Below are positions 18,553 through 30,700 of a DNA stretch of 64,000 bases, piece after piece. Source of the stretch: Methanomassiliicoccaceae archaeon (GTDB taxonomy: Archaea > Thermoplasmatota > Thermoplasmata > Methanomassiliicoccales > Methanomassiliicoccaceae); the NCBI GenBank assembly GCA_040776945.1, contig JAXGZN010000001.1, forward strand, positions 896,001 through 960,000, given 5' to 3'. The notes under the pieces are model-generated. The model worked only from the letters and a program-made list of their open reading frames with translations, made no database searches and was not told the origin of the DNA. Within the stretch, counting starts at the first letter, position 1. Every line of letters starts with the position of its first letter. Position numbers and translations under genes: made by a program.

Positions 18553-19740
18553 TTGATCACGGTGATTGCATTAGGTCCTGTCGAGAGGAACTCCAACGGC
18601 TACAGCATCCGCATAGGCCACCTCATAGATGCTCTTCTCCGGCATGACAAGGTCACGCTGATGGAGTTCCATATAACCGAGCCCCGAGGGCCCGTGGAGA
18701 CCAAATATGCCCGGATCGAGTACGATGCGGTCTATCGGAGCCGCGGCGCGGGCGATATGCTATTCAGACTGCTCACCTTCAACCCGTTGGCCCAGATGAA
18801 GATGCAGATCATGACCCTCAAAGGCATCTGGGCCAACCGGGCGCTTATCCGTTCCAGTGACATGGTCTTCATCGAGGGAGCGCTCTTCCCCTTCGCCATC
18901 CTGATGTCCAAGTTCCTTGGCAAGAGGGTCGTCATGGACACCCATTGTGTCAACCTCAAGCTGGGCAGCGACTTCAAGGACCACAACCGCACCGCCTATG
19001 TCATGAGGTGCCTGACCTGGGGACCATTGGAGTACTTTGCCTACCGGCTCAGCGACAATATTATCTTCGTGTCGGACAACGAGGTCAGCTTCTCTGAGAG
19101 GACATTCCGCATGCCTAGGGACAAAGCCACGGTCATCCCGAACGTACTGGACATACCACCCCTTGAGGTCACCCCTGAAGAGATGGACGGGTTCAGGGAG
19201 AGGTATGGGCTGAAGGACAAGGTCGTCGCAACCTTCCTGGGCGACCTGACCTCTGTGCAGAACAAGGACTGCGTGGACCTCATCCTTGGCGAACTGGCCT
19301 CGGACCTGGAAAGGAGCAGGGAGGAACTGAGGTTCTTGATAGTGGGGAAAGGCGCGGAAGCATTCGACAACATCCCCAGCAATGTTGTTTTCACCGGCTA
19401 CCTCGATAAGATCGATCCCGCCATAGCGGTCACCGATGTGTTCGTGGCGCCCATGAGGGTCGGGGCCGGTACCAAGACCAAGGTATTGCTGTTCATGGGC
19501 TACCGGAAGCCCATTATGACGACCGAAGTAGGGATCGAGGGCATAGAGGTCCGAGGACGCGAGGACGTCATGGTGATCGGGGTCGAGGATTTTCCCAATG
19601 CTCTGAGGTCCTTCCAGCCCCGACCGAAGAGAGATGAGTCGATCTGCCCCATCAGCGGCGCAGGGTACTCGCCCGAAGTTATGAGCTCCAAGGTGGACGA
19701 GCTCTTGGAACGCATCTACCGGGAAGCGGGGAGCGCCTGA
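18553..19740 (+). CDS. GT4 glycosyltransferase
   Basis: TTG after SD GAGGT; NGYSIR, VIPN, APMRVGAGTKTKVL, TTEVGIEGI. Confidence 0.85.
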   Translation: MITVIALGPVERNSNGYSIRIGHLIDALLRHDKVTLMEFHITEPRGPVETKYARIEYDAVYRSRGAGDMLFRLLTFNPLAQMKMQIMTLKGIWANRALIRSSDMVFIEGALFPFAILMSKFLGKRVVMDTHCVNLKLGSDFKDHNRTAYVMRCLTWGPLEYFAYRLSDNIIFVSDNEVSFSERTFRMPRDKATVIPNVLDIPPLEVTPEEMDGFRERYGLKDKVVATFLGDLTSVQNKDCVDLILGELASDLERSREELRFLIVGKGAEAFDNIPSNVVFTGYLDKIDPAIAVTDVFVAPMRVGAGTKTKVLLFMGYRKPIMTTEVGIEGIEVRGREDVMVIGVEDFPNALRSFQPRPKRDESICPISGAGYSPEVMSSKVDELLERIYREAGSA

Positions 19741-19745
19741 TCGCC

Positions 19746-22700
19746 ATGGCTTGGATCCAGACGGTCATTAAAAGCGAGAGGGCGCAGGTTCTTGCCGCTG
19801 CCGTCATGCTATCTCTGGCGCTCACCGCGATAGTGTTCTCCGCCTTCCTGACGAGATCGGGGGTGGCAAATGAGGGAGATCTCACATGGGCCTATTTCAA
19901 AGAACCTGGATTGACCGGCCTTTACCGTGAAAGCAGCCAGCTCGGTCTTCTACCGAACCAGATGATCATCTATTCATGGATGTTCTATCTTCCTTTGGAC
20001 CCGGCCATAATGGAACGCATTCTCTTCATGGGCACCTTCTTATTGATGGGGACCATCTGTTACTACGTCAGCTTCATGCTGTTACGGCACGAAGGTGCGG
20101 AGAGGCGCCTGGCCCATATCATATCTGGGGCGGCTACGACAGCATACGTCTTCTGCCCGATGAACCTGTACCATATCACCGCCCTTTTCCTGCTGATCGG
20201 TTATGCCCTGCTGCCGGCCCTTATCTACGTGGCCTTAAGGTTCGCTTGGTCCAGGCGTTCTAGGAAGGACATCCTGCTCTATGGCGCGCTCACCGGAGCG
20301 GTCCTGGCAGCATCGTCCGGAGATCCCCGATGGCCGATCTGGGGTCTGCTCGTGCTCGTTCTCCTGATGTTCATCATGGCGGCGATGGACCGCTTCAAGG
20401 GACTGCCTAGGGCAGCGGGATATCTGACCGTGGCCGTGGCCAGCTTCACAGCCCTGAGCGCTTTCTGGTTCCTTCCCACATTGCTCGTTCCAGATCATGC
20501 CACCCTGCTCGCCCGCCCCAACCTATCCGTGCCCTTCTTCTATGCCCTCAACAAGTATTCCATAATATCCAACGCCCTGATATTCCAAGCCGACTTCTGG
20601 GAGCCGACCAGATCGCTGTTCTTATTGAGGGACCCGGTCCTGAACTTCCTGTTCCATATCTCGCAGTGGGCGCTGCCCGCGTTGGCAGCCCTGTCCATCC
20701 TGTTCTACAGGCAGAACCGGCAGGTGGTCCCTCTAATGGCGATATCAGCGGTCATCATCGTCATCGCCACTGCTCCCATGTCCCCGTTCCAGTTCATCAG
20801 AGATGGGTATCAGGGCTTCGTGTTCGATCTCCCCTTCGGGATCGCTTTCCGCACAGCGTACAAATGGCTCGCATTGCTGACGTTCCCATTGGTTATGCTG
20901 GCGGCCTACTCTATACTGGGGCTCTCAAAGGGAATGGAGCTCTATCGCTCTTCCCATCAGTGGAGAGGAGCGAGCATCCGCATGATCTCCAAATATGCCT
21001 CGATCGTTCTGGTGGCGATACTGGCCGCCTCGAGCCTGTTCGCGACCTGGCCCATGCTCGCTGGGAACTTCGGGGGGCTGATATCTCCGACCGACCTTAG
21101 CGGCGACTATCGAGAGGCGTACGATCTGATACAGGCCGATATTGGTGGGGACAGCTCTTTCAAGATACTCTATCTTCCAAGCAACCCGTACACAGGGTTT
21201 TCGGCCCCCGGTCTGACGGACTCCCCATACCTGCACTATATCATGACCCTGCTCGAACGAGGGAACCTCACCCATATGGGTCACCACCTCGCCCCTCTGG
21301 GAGCAAGGTATGTGATGATTGACAAGACCGCTTACACAAATAAAGCTCTAGAGAACGCCCTTAGGAACCAGACCGACCTGCCCATCAAGTACGAGGGGGA
21401 GCAGCTGCTGGTATTTGAAAATGAGCAAGTCAGCAGCTTGTTCAGGTTCTCCGATCCGGCGGTCAACTTTGACGGCATCGACAGCGGCGCCAGCCGGATC
21501 GCATGGGAGGACTGGATTCAGACGGATCAAGCCCTCATGGGTCTGAGCGAGGTGTTCGATAGAACGCCCTATGTGATCATGGGCCCAGGATACCCATACG
21601 ACCTGATGTCGGCGGACTCGACGATAAGCTCCCCCTACCTTTACGTGCCCTACTGCAATGATGATGCCTGGCAGTTCCAAACCATCTACGCCCCTTCGGC
21701 TGTGGGAACGCACATCACCGGTTCCTATGAGTGGATCGGCCTGCTTGGCTCTTTGGGCCTGGAGAACTGGAACCTTGACTTTGGCATGGGCATCGCGTTC
21801 GTCGACAAGAACCTGACCATCCCCAAGGACATGCCCTTGCCCGACAGTGCCTTGGTCGAGGACTTTGATCTCTCCGATCGAGGGGCCGTGCAGGAATTTG
21901 TGGGGAACAACTATCCAGAGCAGTTCGATGCTAAACAGGTGCTCAGTTGGGATGGCGACAGCATGCGGGTGAAGCTGTTGAACTCGACCCCTGGATGGAA
22001 GACCGTGCGCAGTCCAATGGTAGAGGTGAGCTACGGCCAAACGTATATCGTCACGACCGAGATCCGGTCCCACAGCGGGTTCGATATTCATTTCAAGATC
22101 GCAGAGCACGACCAGGATGGGAACATCACTTCGGTAAGGTCGTACTACGGCCTGGGGAGCGGCGAGATCGACCGCACCCCCGTCCGTCTCAGCTACAAGG
22201 CTAACAATACTGATGTAAAATACATCAGTCTACAGATCTGGCACGGGTCGGACACCACCATGCCGTTGCCGAACACATTCTGGGTCAACCACGTCTCATT
22301 CTACAACGCCACCGAGCTTCTGAGACCCCCTCAGCTTGACGGGAAGGTCAAGGTGGGCGATAGTGGACGATATCGTATGTACGTGCGTACCCTGGACAGC
22401 CCATTGGGCGGCAACATGACCTTGACCGTTGACGGGACCACGCACATCATTGAGACCAGGAGCGATGACACCACGATGAGCTGGACCTTCCTAGGCACGC
22501 TCGATCTCGCTGCGGGGGAGCATGGGGTCACGGTCCGCAACATCGATGGGACGAACGCGGTGAACATAATCTCTTTGATCGGCGAGGACGAGTATGCCGA
22601 GAGACTATCTCATTATAGCTCTCAGCTGGAGGACAAGGCCTTGGTCTATGTGCTGAAAGTGCCGGCAGAGAGCGTTAGCATCGCCCTCAATGACGATCCG

Positions 22701-23330
22701 TTCCTCGGCCCCACTGACCAGTACCTCGTGGCCAAAAAGGAGATCGAGGTCCACCGCGCAGGCCATTACCGCATCTATGCGAACTCCTCGACCTCGTCCT
22801 CGCTGTACATCGACGGCGTGCTCAACGGTGAGATGGACGGAGCGGACAGGTATTTGTCCGTCGATCTTGGAACTGGCAGGCACAGGATCGCATTATTCTC
22901 AACAGGTCCGTCATATGTTGCAGGGGAGATCATCATGTTCTCCGCCAATGCTGGCAGTGACATTGCCAGCCTAGACGGTTTCTCTGAGGTCGGCGAGCAG
23001 ACCATGGATGTCACCAGGAAGGGCACGTCGACCTATTATCTGGACGTGGCCGTCGGAAGGTCAACGCTCCTGGTGTTCTCTCATGCCTTCGATAGCGGAT
23101 GGACGCTCACCTCGGGCAGCACATCGATCTACTCCGTTCCAGTGAATACTGCGGAGAACGGGTTCATGATCGGCATCGACGGCAACGCCAGCCTGATCAT
23201 TACCTACTCTCCCGATCGCCTCTACGTTCTTGGGGGGGCGATATCCCTGGCCTCAGCAGCGATCATGTCCGTCCCTGCGCTGATGTGCTTCGTATGGAGA
23301 AAACGCTCGAACGGACCGTACCGCCTATGA
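19746..23330 (+). CDS. Large GT-C-type membrane protein (YfhO/AftD-like) with carbohydrate-binding-like modules, paralog 1
   Basis: ~440-aa polytopic N-terminus (EGDL, FWFLP, AFRTAYKW), FKILYLP, GARYVMI, beta-sandwich modules, C-terminal FDSGW...NGF...Y-x-P plus TM helix. Confidence 0.7.
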   Translation: MAWIQTVIKSERAQVLAAAVMLSLALTAIVFSAFLTRSGVANEGDLTWAYFKEPGLTGLYRESSQLGLLPNQMIIYSWMFYLPLDPAIMERILFMGTFLLMGTICYYVSFMLLRHEGAERRLAHIISGAATTAYVFCPMNLYHITALFLLIGYALLPALIYVALRFAWSRRSRKDILLYGALTGAVLAASSGDPRWPIWGLLVLVLLMFIMAAMDRFKGLPRAAGYLTVAVASFTALSAFWFLPTLLVPDHATLLARPNLSVPFFYALNKYSIISNALIFQADFWEPTRSLFLLRDPVLNFLFHISQWALPALAALSILFYRQNRQVVPLMAISAVIIVIATAPMSPFQFIRDGYQGFVFDLPFGIAFRTAYKWLALLTFPLVMLAAYSILGLSKGMELYRSSHQWRGASIRMISKYASIVLVAILAASSLFATWPMLAGNFGGLISPTDLSGDYREAYDLIQADIGGDSSFKILYLPSNPYTGFSAPGLTDSPYLHYIMTLLERGNLTHMGHHLAPLGARYVMIDKTAYTNKALENALRNQTDLPIKYEGEQLLVFENEQVSSLFRFSDPAVNFDGIDSGASRIAWEDWIQTDQALMGLSEVFDRTPYVIMGPGYPYDLMSADSTISSPYLYVPYCNDDAWQFQTIYAPSAVGTHITGSYEWIGLLGSLGLENWNLDFGMGIAFVDKNLTIPKDMPLPDSALVEDFDLSDRGAVQEFVGNNYPEQFDAKQVLSWDGDSMRVKLLNSTPGWKTVRSPMVEVSYGQTYIVTTEIRSHSGFDIHFKIAEHDQDGNITSVRSYYGLGSGEIDRTPVRLSYKANNTDVKYISLQIWHGSDTTMPLPNTFWVNHVSFYNATELLRPPQLDGKVKVGDSGRYRMYVRTLDSPLGGNMTLTVDGTTHIIETRSDDTTMSWTFLGTLDLAAGEHGVTVRNIDGTNAVNIISLIGEDEYAERLSHYSSQLEDKALVYVLKVPAESVSIALNDDPFLGPTDQYLVAKKEIEVHRAGHYRIYANSSTSSSLYIDGVLNGEMDGADRYLSVDLGTGRHRIALFSTGPSYVAGEIIMFSANAGSDIASLDGFSEVGEQTMDVTRKGTSTYYLDVAVGRSTLLVFSHAFDSGWTLTSGSTSIYSVPVNTAENGFMIGIDGNASLIITYSPDRLYVLGGAISLASAAIMSVPALMCFVWRKRSNGPYRL

Positions 23331-23369
23331 CCATGGAAGGGACAATGAGAATGGTGGCCGGTATCTGCA

Positions 23370-26300
23370 TCACGTCCTCAATTTCCTTAGCCTCCGGCCA
23401 TGCACGGTCAGCGCGGTCACCAGTACGACTGTCCCCACGATGGAGAGCCCTCCGCTAGCATAAAGCCAGGCCTGAGGCCTGTACTCGACCGTGACACTCG
23501 CGTTCCCAGGGACGTTCAGGACGAAGCCGTTCAAGAATCCCCAGGTCGGCACAGAGGCGATATCCCATTCGTGCATCCGGGCGGTCCATCTCTCATCATA
23601 CACCGTACCAGTGATAAGGAGGACGACGCCGTCCCCCCGCAGGTCGGCGGTTCGGGTGGTCGCGTCCGGAATGCCATAGGAGACGGCCTCTGCGGCGGAC
23701 CGGTCGCCGTTGAACAACGTGTCCAGGGAACTCGCGTTGCCAGAGAAGAACCAGATCGAGTCGATTACTGCTTCCGATGGTCCTTTGTTCTTTACTGATA
23801 CAGAGTGCGTGCCGTTTGTGAGGGGCATAGGTCCGAGGTAGGACATCTCGGGGAACATGCCGTTCACTTGCGTCGCAACCCCATCGATGACGATCTCCAG
23901 TTCTCCGGCCGCTGCTATACCTATGCGATAATCGCCTGTGCTCAGGATGTTCAAGGTCCCTGCTATAGCATTTCCACCAGAGACGACGACTCCCTGTCCC
24001 TGACCATAGCTCCCGGCGCTGGCGATCACCATCTGATCGTTCACGGCGGTCATGGATTCCTCAGCTTCCATCAGATACACGACTTCCGATCTCGACAGGC
24101 GGTCATTGGCGTCATCGACCGATCTCTCCCATTGAGAACGCTCTGTCACGAGGACGATGTTGACCGCATTGAAGCCTCCCTCATTAATAAAGGAGATCGC
24201 ATGCTCTCCGGGGCCTAGGTTCACCGGCCCCACGGTATCCCACACGAACCCATTGACCTCGGACAGAGAATCTAGGGAAATGAGCTCATCGTCGTCCAGG
24301 ACCAGTTTCATCGGTCCGCCCCGGATGTTCTGCAGGTAACGCACCGATATGTAATAACTGCCGGCATCGGGGACGTTGACCCTTGTTCCAAGTTCAGAGC
24401 CAGGCTCAGTTCCGTTCACCCATGTCAGCACCAGACCTTGGCCGTAGTCAAAGTACCAGCCGGAGATGCCCATCTCCTCAAGGTACGCCCTCCACGTGCC
24501 GTGCAGGGGGTCCAGCGTAGATGCTTTCGACCATCTGCCGGCTGGATCATGGTGGTCCGTGCTGGAATAGGGGGCCACCACGATGCCTTTCCGGTCAAGA
24601 AGGACAAGGTCCTCTTGACCTGCCCCGGATATGAGTAGCTTCCCGCCTATCAGGCCCAGACCGGGGGCCTCCTGCGGGAACAGCACCCCGGCGCTGGTCA
24701 TGTTGAAACCCTCGATACAAGCCAGAGAACGGAGGGATGAAAGCCCGCCGATGACGGATATGATATTGTCGGTGGCGTAGACCAGCTTGACGTCCTCGAT
24801 GACCTCGTATACCTTCAGGGCCCCATCCTGCCGTACCAAGGCCATGTCCTTCTGCCAGGAAAGAGAGGATTCCATGGCGTCTATCAGCGAATGCAGCTCA
24901 GGAACGTCCTCTCGGACGATGAGGTACTTGATTCCTGCGGTCGCCAGGAGCTTGCCGAAATGGTCGGTGCGGTTCTCTGCCAAGGTTTGACTGAGGAAGG
25001 ACCGGTAATATGCTCCATATACCGTCGTCCCCCCTATGTCCGGTTTCCCCGAATACATGTTCTCAATGTTGGAGACCATGTTGCTCGTCCAATTGGTGGA
25101 TGTCCCTAGCGTATTGGGCAGCCATAGAACGTTGAAATCACCGTCCAGGCCCGCAAGCCAGTCATTGGTGCTGTAGTACTCGCCAGGGACCTCCATCGGA
25201 ACATAGATGCCGTTCATATGGCCGTTCACGCTGGGAACGGCAAAGACCATGAACCCGGAGAGCAGGATGATGCACGTCAGGAACATGGCCGCCGTCTTGT
25301 TCCGGCCATCTGACCATCCACCGAACTTCAACCTGGACCTGCTGTTCAGCTCTAGCAGGGTCACCATGATGAGCAGGCAATAGGTCAGCCACATGGGCCC
25401 GGCCCATTTGTCCGGGTCCCGCAGCAACCACCCTATCTGTCTTGAAAGGGGAGCATCGAAGGTCAGCCATGAATATGCCCCTCCCAGGCCCCAGTTGGTA
25501 CCCATCGAAAGAACGAAGAATATCAAGGCCATTGCCGTCAGGGACAACGTCAGGCGGTCGCGGCGGAACAGGAGGGCGCTGAACGCCATGACCGGAACGA
25601 TGTAGCTCGCGACGCCCCATGCGACCCCCAGTTCACCCTGAAGCGCCATGTCGGTCCGCGGCCACCAATATCCTATCCCTCGGAAGGCGTTGAGCGGGCC
25701 GGAGCTGGCGCTCAACATGTTCACAACCTCCACCGTGAGAACGGCGGGCGGTCCCGACACCCCTTCAAGGAGCGAGGCGATGTACGGCGCTATCCAATAC
25801 ATGCTGGTGACAAGGAACGTGGTCAGCAGTATCAGGAAGGAGCGGAGAAGGCCAATCCGTTGGGGCCACCTAGCCCTCAATGGGTTCTGATAGATGAGCG
25901 CCCCCAGCACCAGCATGAACAGGAAGATCGTATAATGGGCCGAAGTCGAGGCCACCGTCCACAGGAACCCGGTGAGAGCCAGGGTCTTGACGTCGTGGTC
26001 CTCCAGCCCCTTCATCGCTCCTACTAGGATCAGAGGCGCCAAGGCATACCCGGTCCATAGGAAGAAATGCTCGATGCGGTTCATCGACCACGGGCTCAGC
26101 ATGTAGATCACGGAGACGGTGAAGGCGGCCACACAGACGGCGCGTTCGCTGGTCCGGGGAAATTTCCTCCGACCGATCCAGAAGGAGACCAAGTAAGAGG
26201 ATAGGCCGGCCATTAGCAGAGTCCCCAGGACCATCATCTTTATGAACGCCTCGGTGGCCAGGCCCAGGGCGATGGCAAGGCTCACCGGGACGCCGAAACC

Positions 26301-26549
26301 GAGCAGCCGATCGGCCTTGTCGGTGTTGGTATAGTGCCCAAAAGGGGTCCACATCGGATAAAGCTCGAAGCGGTCCATCTCGCGAGGGGTGTTAAAATCC
26401 CCATACATGATGGTGCCTGGGGTCAACAAGATGTTCGCGCCCACCGCCATCACCAGAAGCGCCACGGCCAGTGCCCCAGCTATCAGGCACTTGTTCCTGA
26501 CGACCGATGATCTCGTCCGTTCCACGAGCTCCATGGGCATGCCGGACAT
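23370..26549 (-). CDS. Large GT-C-type membrane protein (YfhO/AftD-like), paralog 2
   Basis: YGDFNTP, YWIAP, LRDPDKW, VPGEY, FNVLWLP, GIKYLIV, CBM-like modules, YDERW...LNGF...YRPQ plus TM helix. Confidence 0.72.
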   Translation of the reverse strand: MSGMPMELVERTRSSVVRNKCLIAGALAVALLVMAVGANILLTPGTIMYGDFNTPREMDRFELYPMWTPFGHYTNTDKADRLLGFGVPVSLAIALGLATEAFIKMMVLGTLLMAGLSSYLVSFWIGRRKFPRTSERAVCVAAFTVSVIYMLSPWSMNRIEHFFLWTGYALAPLILVGAMKGLEDHDVKTLALTGFLWTVASTSAHYTIFLFMLVLGALIYQNPLRARWPQRIGLLRSFLILLTTFLVTSMYWIAPYIASLLEGVSGPPAVLTVEVVNMLSASSGPLNAFRGIGYWWPRTDMALQGELGVAWGVASYIVPVMAFSALLFRRDRLTLSLTAMALIFFVLSMGTNWGLGGAYSWLTFDAPLSRQIGWLLRDPDKWAGPMWLTYCLLIMVTLLELNSRSRLKFGGWSDGRNKTAAMFLTCIILLSGFMVFAVPSVNGHMNGIYVPMEVPGEYYSTNDWLAGLDGDFNVLWLPNTLGTSTNWTSNMVSNIENMYSGKPDIGGTTVYGAYYRSFLSQTLAENRTDHFGKLLATAGIKYLIVREDVPELHSLIDAMESSLSWQKDMALVRQDGALKVYEVIEDVKLVYATDNIISVIGGLSSLRSLACIEGFNMTSAGVLFPQEAPGLGLIGGKLLISGAGQEDLVLLDRKGIVVAPYSSTDHHDPAGRWSKASTLDPLHGTWRAYLEEMGISGWYFDYGQGLVLTWVNGTEPGSELGTRVNVPDAGSYYISVRYLQNIRGGPMKLVLDDDELISLDSLSEVNGFVWDTVGPVNLGPGEHAISFINEGGFNAVNIVLVTERSQWERSVDDANDRLSRSEVVYLMEAEESMTAVNDQMVIASAGSYGQGQGVVVSGGNAIAGTLNILSTGDYRIGIAAAGELEIVIDGVATQVNGMFPEMSYLGPMPLTNGTHSVSVKNKGPSEAVIDSIWFFSGNASSLDTLFNGDRSAAEAVSYGIPDATTRTADLRGDGVVLLITGTVYDERWTARMHEWDIASVPTWGFLNGFVLNVPGNASVTVEYRPQAWLYASGGLSIVGTVVLVTALTVHGRRLRKLRT

Positions 26550-26645
26550 TTTTGGGACCTTCCTGATATGGCGGGGAGGTTCATTTAAACACTACTAATC
26601 GTGCGCGTCCGAGAGGAAGCGCCTATCTATGGAGGTTCCAGCGAT

Positions 26646-27461
26646 TCACTTTTGCCGACCTATCAGATAGCCGAGCTTGTAGGGAACCCCCTTCATCACC
26701 AGGAGGAGATTGGCCTTCAGCGAGATGAGGGGCATGCTCCGGTCAAACTTGCGGAACCTCTCCTTCTTTCCCACCAGTTCGCTGTAGCAGGCCGTCTCGT
26801 GCATGTACCGCACGTCCTTTCCATACTTGAAGTTCTTCCGCCACAGCTCGCTTAGGCGCTTGGGCTCGTGATGCCAAACCGTGTCCTTGACCAGTCCTAC
26901 ACGGTTGGAGAACTTGGAGGCCTCATAGAAGATAATGGCGTCCTCATAGGCATGCACCATCGGCATGCACTCCGGCCGTATGTTGTCAAAGGCCTTCCCC
27001 AGGAGCTCGCTCTTGTAGAACCGAGGGCACATGACCCCTGTTATGGAGTCGATGTACGACCCTACGTTCCTGTGCAGCAGCACTCGGTCGGCATCGTAGA
27101 GCCTCTCTATGAAGGTCTTGGGCTGGAGAGACCTCTCTTCCAGACACAGCATGTCATGATCGCCGCTCATTTGGAGGCAGCGCTCGAGAGTAGTGCGCTC
27201 CAGTACCTGGTCCGAATCCAGGATGAGATGGTAATCGCCCGGATTGTGCCTGAACCCTTCCATGCGCGCACCCAGGACCTTCCCCCTGTAGCTGATTATT
27301 TCGTCGGTGTACTCCTTGGCTATGTCAAGCGTCCCATCGGTAGAGAAACTGTCGACAATGGTTATTTGGAAATCCTTGAAGGTCTGCTCCCGGACAGACT
27401 CCAGCGTCAACCGCAGCGTATTAGCTGAATTGAGTGTGGGGATAGTGATGCAGACCTTCAT
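26646..27461 (-). CDS. GT2 glycosyltransferase
   Basis: ITIPTLNS, IVDSFSTDGT, AR..G, ILDSDQ. Confidence 0.88.
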   Translation of the reverse strand: MKVCITIPTLNSANTLRLTLESVREQTFKDFQITIVDSFSTDGTLDIAKEYTDEIISYRGKVLGARMEGFRHNPGDYHLILDSDQVLERTTLERCLQMSGDHDMLCLEERSLQPKTFIERLYDADRVLLHRNVGSYIDSITGVMCPRFYKSELLGKAFDNIRPECMPMVHAYEDAIIFYEASKFSNRVGLVKDTVWHHEPKRLSELWRKNFKYGKDVRYMHETACYSELVGKKERFRKFDRSMPLISLKANLLLVMKGVPYKLGYLIGRQK

Positions 27462-27712
27462 ATCCTCGCTCTTCGGTGCGAAGGCCTACTATATTTATAG
27501 AGTTATCTCAGCGGTGATGGCTACCAGCCTGATATAGAAAGTACGGCCTGCTGGAGGAGCTTCTTGGCCGTTCAGGGAGGACGCACATCTCGAGAACGGT
27601 CGAACGCGCCCGTCCCTCTGACCTCCCTCTCTAGGAGGCCGCCCATAGGGCCGAGGGTCTGCCAGCACCAGAATAACAAATCTTTATTATCGCTCGCCCT
27701 TCTCCCAGCATT

Positions 27713-30700
27713 ATGGGACGCCGCGCCTCAGTTGCCCGATTCCTAGCTCGCGTGGGGGGTACAGACCGGCGTTGGCATCTCCGAATCCTGCTGCTGCTTT
27801 CCGTTCTCACGGCGGTCGTGTTCATAGGTTACATCAACGGCCCGCTACCCACGGGCACCGACTCCGAAGGGCTGGTGATGACCGCGGAGATGGGGCTCAG
27901 GACCGGAGGGCTTTTTTCCAGCTGGGAGCCTTACTCGGCGATGGGCTTCCAGAACGATCCGCTCCCTTTGCCCGGTGCCATTTTCCTGGTATTTTCATGG
28001 CTTGGTGTACCGACCTACGACGTGTGCAAGCTGATAATGGCCTGCTCGTTCTGGCTGGCGGGGGCCTTAATGTACATATGTGCACACAGGATCTCCAAGA
28101 GCGTTCTGGGTGGCGCCTGTGCAGCGATCGTGTTCGCCTTCAACCAGGTGTTCCTCTCGCAGATCATGGAAGGTCATTACTTCTTTGCGATAGGGTATGC
28201 CCTTCTGCCAGCAATATTTCTACTGATGTACCTGTCCGTGGTAGAAGGGAACGAGCGTGCGACGGTCTTGCTGCCGGCGGCCTTCCTCGTCTACGGCGGG
28301 AGCGTCGCTCCCCACATGGTGCTGATACTCGCCATGTTCGTGATGGTCTTTACAGGGCTTTACTTCGCCTTGGACAGGAGGGCGCTGCACCGCCTCGCAT
28401 ATCCTGTCATCGGCCTCATCATCCTGGTCCTCCCCTCTGCCCTGGCCCGGTTCTCATACGGAACGAGCATCTACAACGCCTCCTATCGCCTGAGCGAGAC
28501 CCATATCTGGAGCAATACTGGCCTAGTGAACGCTCTGGCCGCCCGATCGACCGAGAACTCGCACCTCCGAGGAGCAGCGGTCCAAGGCTGGTTCCCTGTG
28601 GAGGGCCTAGGATATGCCATGGAGATCCTGGCCCTGCTCATCCCTCTACTTGCTTTTATTTCGCTTTACTATAAGAGCGACAGGTCCTTGAAGATCGCTC
28701 TCGCCGGGACAGCGCTGGTCATGCTGTTCTTTGCCATGGGGCCGAACCAATGGTTGTCGGGCCTGTTCGTATGGATGTTCAGGAACCTGCCCCTGTTGGA
28801 CAGCATCAGGGTATTCTCCAGGTTCGGCATGTTCCTGGGTCTCATCTACGCGATCTTGATGGCCATGCTGATCGCGGACCTAAAAGGCCGGTCCGTCGCC
28901 TTCCGCATACCGCGATGTCTGAAGATGAGCATCGGCAGGGCGGACAAGGCTGTCGCCATAGCCTCCATGGCGGTCATGCTGACCGCCTCATCAACGATGT
29001 TCGTCCAGGGCCCCAGCTCGTTCTCGTTGCCTGCATCGTACTCGGAGCCGTTCGAGGCAATATCGGCCATCGAAGGAGACTACCGCATACTGACCCTGCC
29101 ATACGGCACGGTGTACTATGAGGCCTGGTACCCCAGACTGGACGGGTACCCTGCCACCTTGACCGACGACCCAGGGACCTACAGCCAGTACTATACTGGA
29201 AAGGAGCTCGCCTACGGCGACCATGCCGAAGAGTACTGGACCGTATGGGGTTCCGCGATCTCCGGCAGGACCTATGGGTATCGGACTCTGCCATCCATCT
29301 TCGGCGACGTCTCCAGCGTCAAGTACGTGGTGAAGCAGGTCCACGCCGATGCGACAACCGCAGAGAGGTTCCACAACATGGATGGCATGCACGTCTACCA
29401 GGAGTTCCCGAAAAATTCCTCAATTCTCGAGAACGTCCATTATATGGACCGGGTTCACACGGCGGGGGCCCTCGTCCTGACCACGGGCGGCAGAGCAGAT
29501 ATGTTGACCTCTCTAGCAGTGGGTGCGGTGAACTTAAGGAGCGAGGATCTCGCATTGCTCGGCCAGATTGACGACGAGGCCACCAGACAATCTCTGTGGT
29601 CCGCTGCGAGCAGGGTGATAGTCCATGGGGGCGACCTGCTCGCGCTTCTTGCCGAAAATGGCCTCTGGGGCCCCGATCAACTGATAAGAGTGGATAAGTT
29701 CGCCGACCATACCTATGACGACAGCGACATGCACTGGATATCCTCTGACATGTGCATATTGAGCGGCACCGCGCTGCACCCCAGCGCGTTCACCCAGGGC
29801 GAAAACGAGCTCCGAGTGCCGTTTGACGTGACCGGCGGAACCTATGACGTCTATGTTCGGGCGAGGGCCGGGCCCGGCTCTGGCAACCTGACGGTGGCCG
29901 TCGAAGGCAACGAACCGATGCATGTGGATACCGACTCCCCGTTTCCAATGGAGAGGTGGTCCAAGGTTGGCACCTATGGCCTCGATGCTCCAAGAGCTAG
30001 CATCCTTCTCTCGAACGATGGCACCGGGTGGAGCAGCGTGGACGATATCCTGGTGGTCGAGAAGGGAGAGGTAGAGAGGAAGATATCTGAACTGTCCAGC
30101 ACCCTGTCGGCCAAATCGATCGCCCTCATCTATGGGCCAAAGGACCTTGCCCCATCATCCTATTGGGAGATATTGGAGGGCAAGGAGGGGAACGGATTGT
30201 TCTATAGCTCATCCTCCCCGGACCCTCATATAATCTTGAACCCCACCATCCCGGTGGGGGGCAACTGGACCATCACCCTGAGGCAGATCGAAGGCATGAC
30301 CTCCGCTGGCAATCCTTATATCGTGATCGATGGGGAGGAGATCGACGGCATTGATACGGGGAACGGCACGTTCGCCTTCAAGGCCATGATGGCCGAGGGC
30401 CCCAGATCGATAGAGGTCCATACGAGAAGCGCCTACTCGTTAGTGCTCGAAGGCTCCCATGAAGTGAACTATGGCGCATCATCAGATGTCCATGCGTCTT
30501 ACGTAAGGACCAGTCCCTGGCAGTACATAGTGATCGTGAACGCGAGCGAACCGACATTCCTGAAACTGTCCGAGAACTTCAACCCAAACTGGATGGTGCA
30601 TGGCGGAGATGGCAAGGTCTTCCACTACCGCTCTTCATCTCAGATCAATGGGTTCTATATCAGCGAGGCGGGCAACTACACGTTAACAATAACCTTCGAA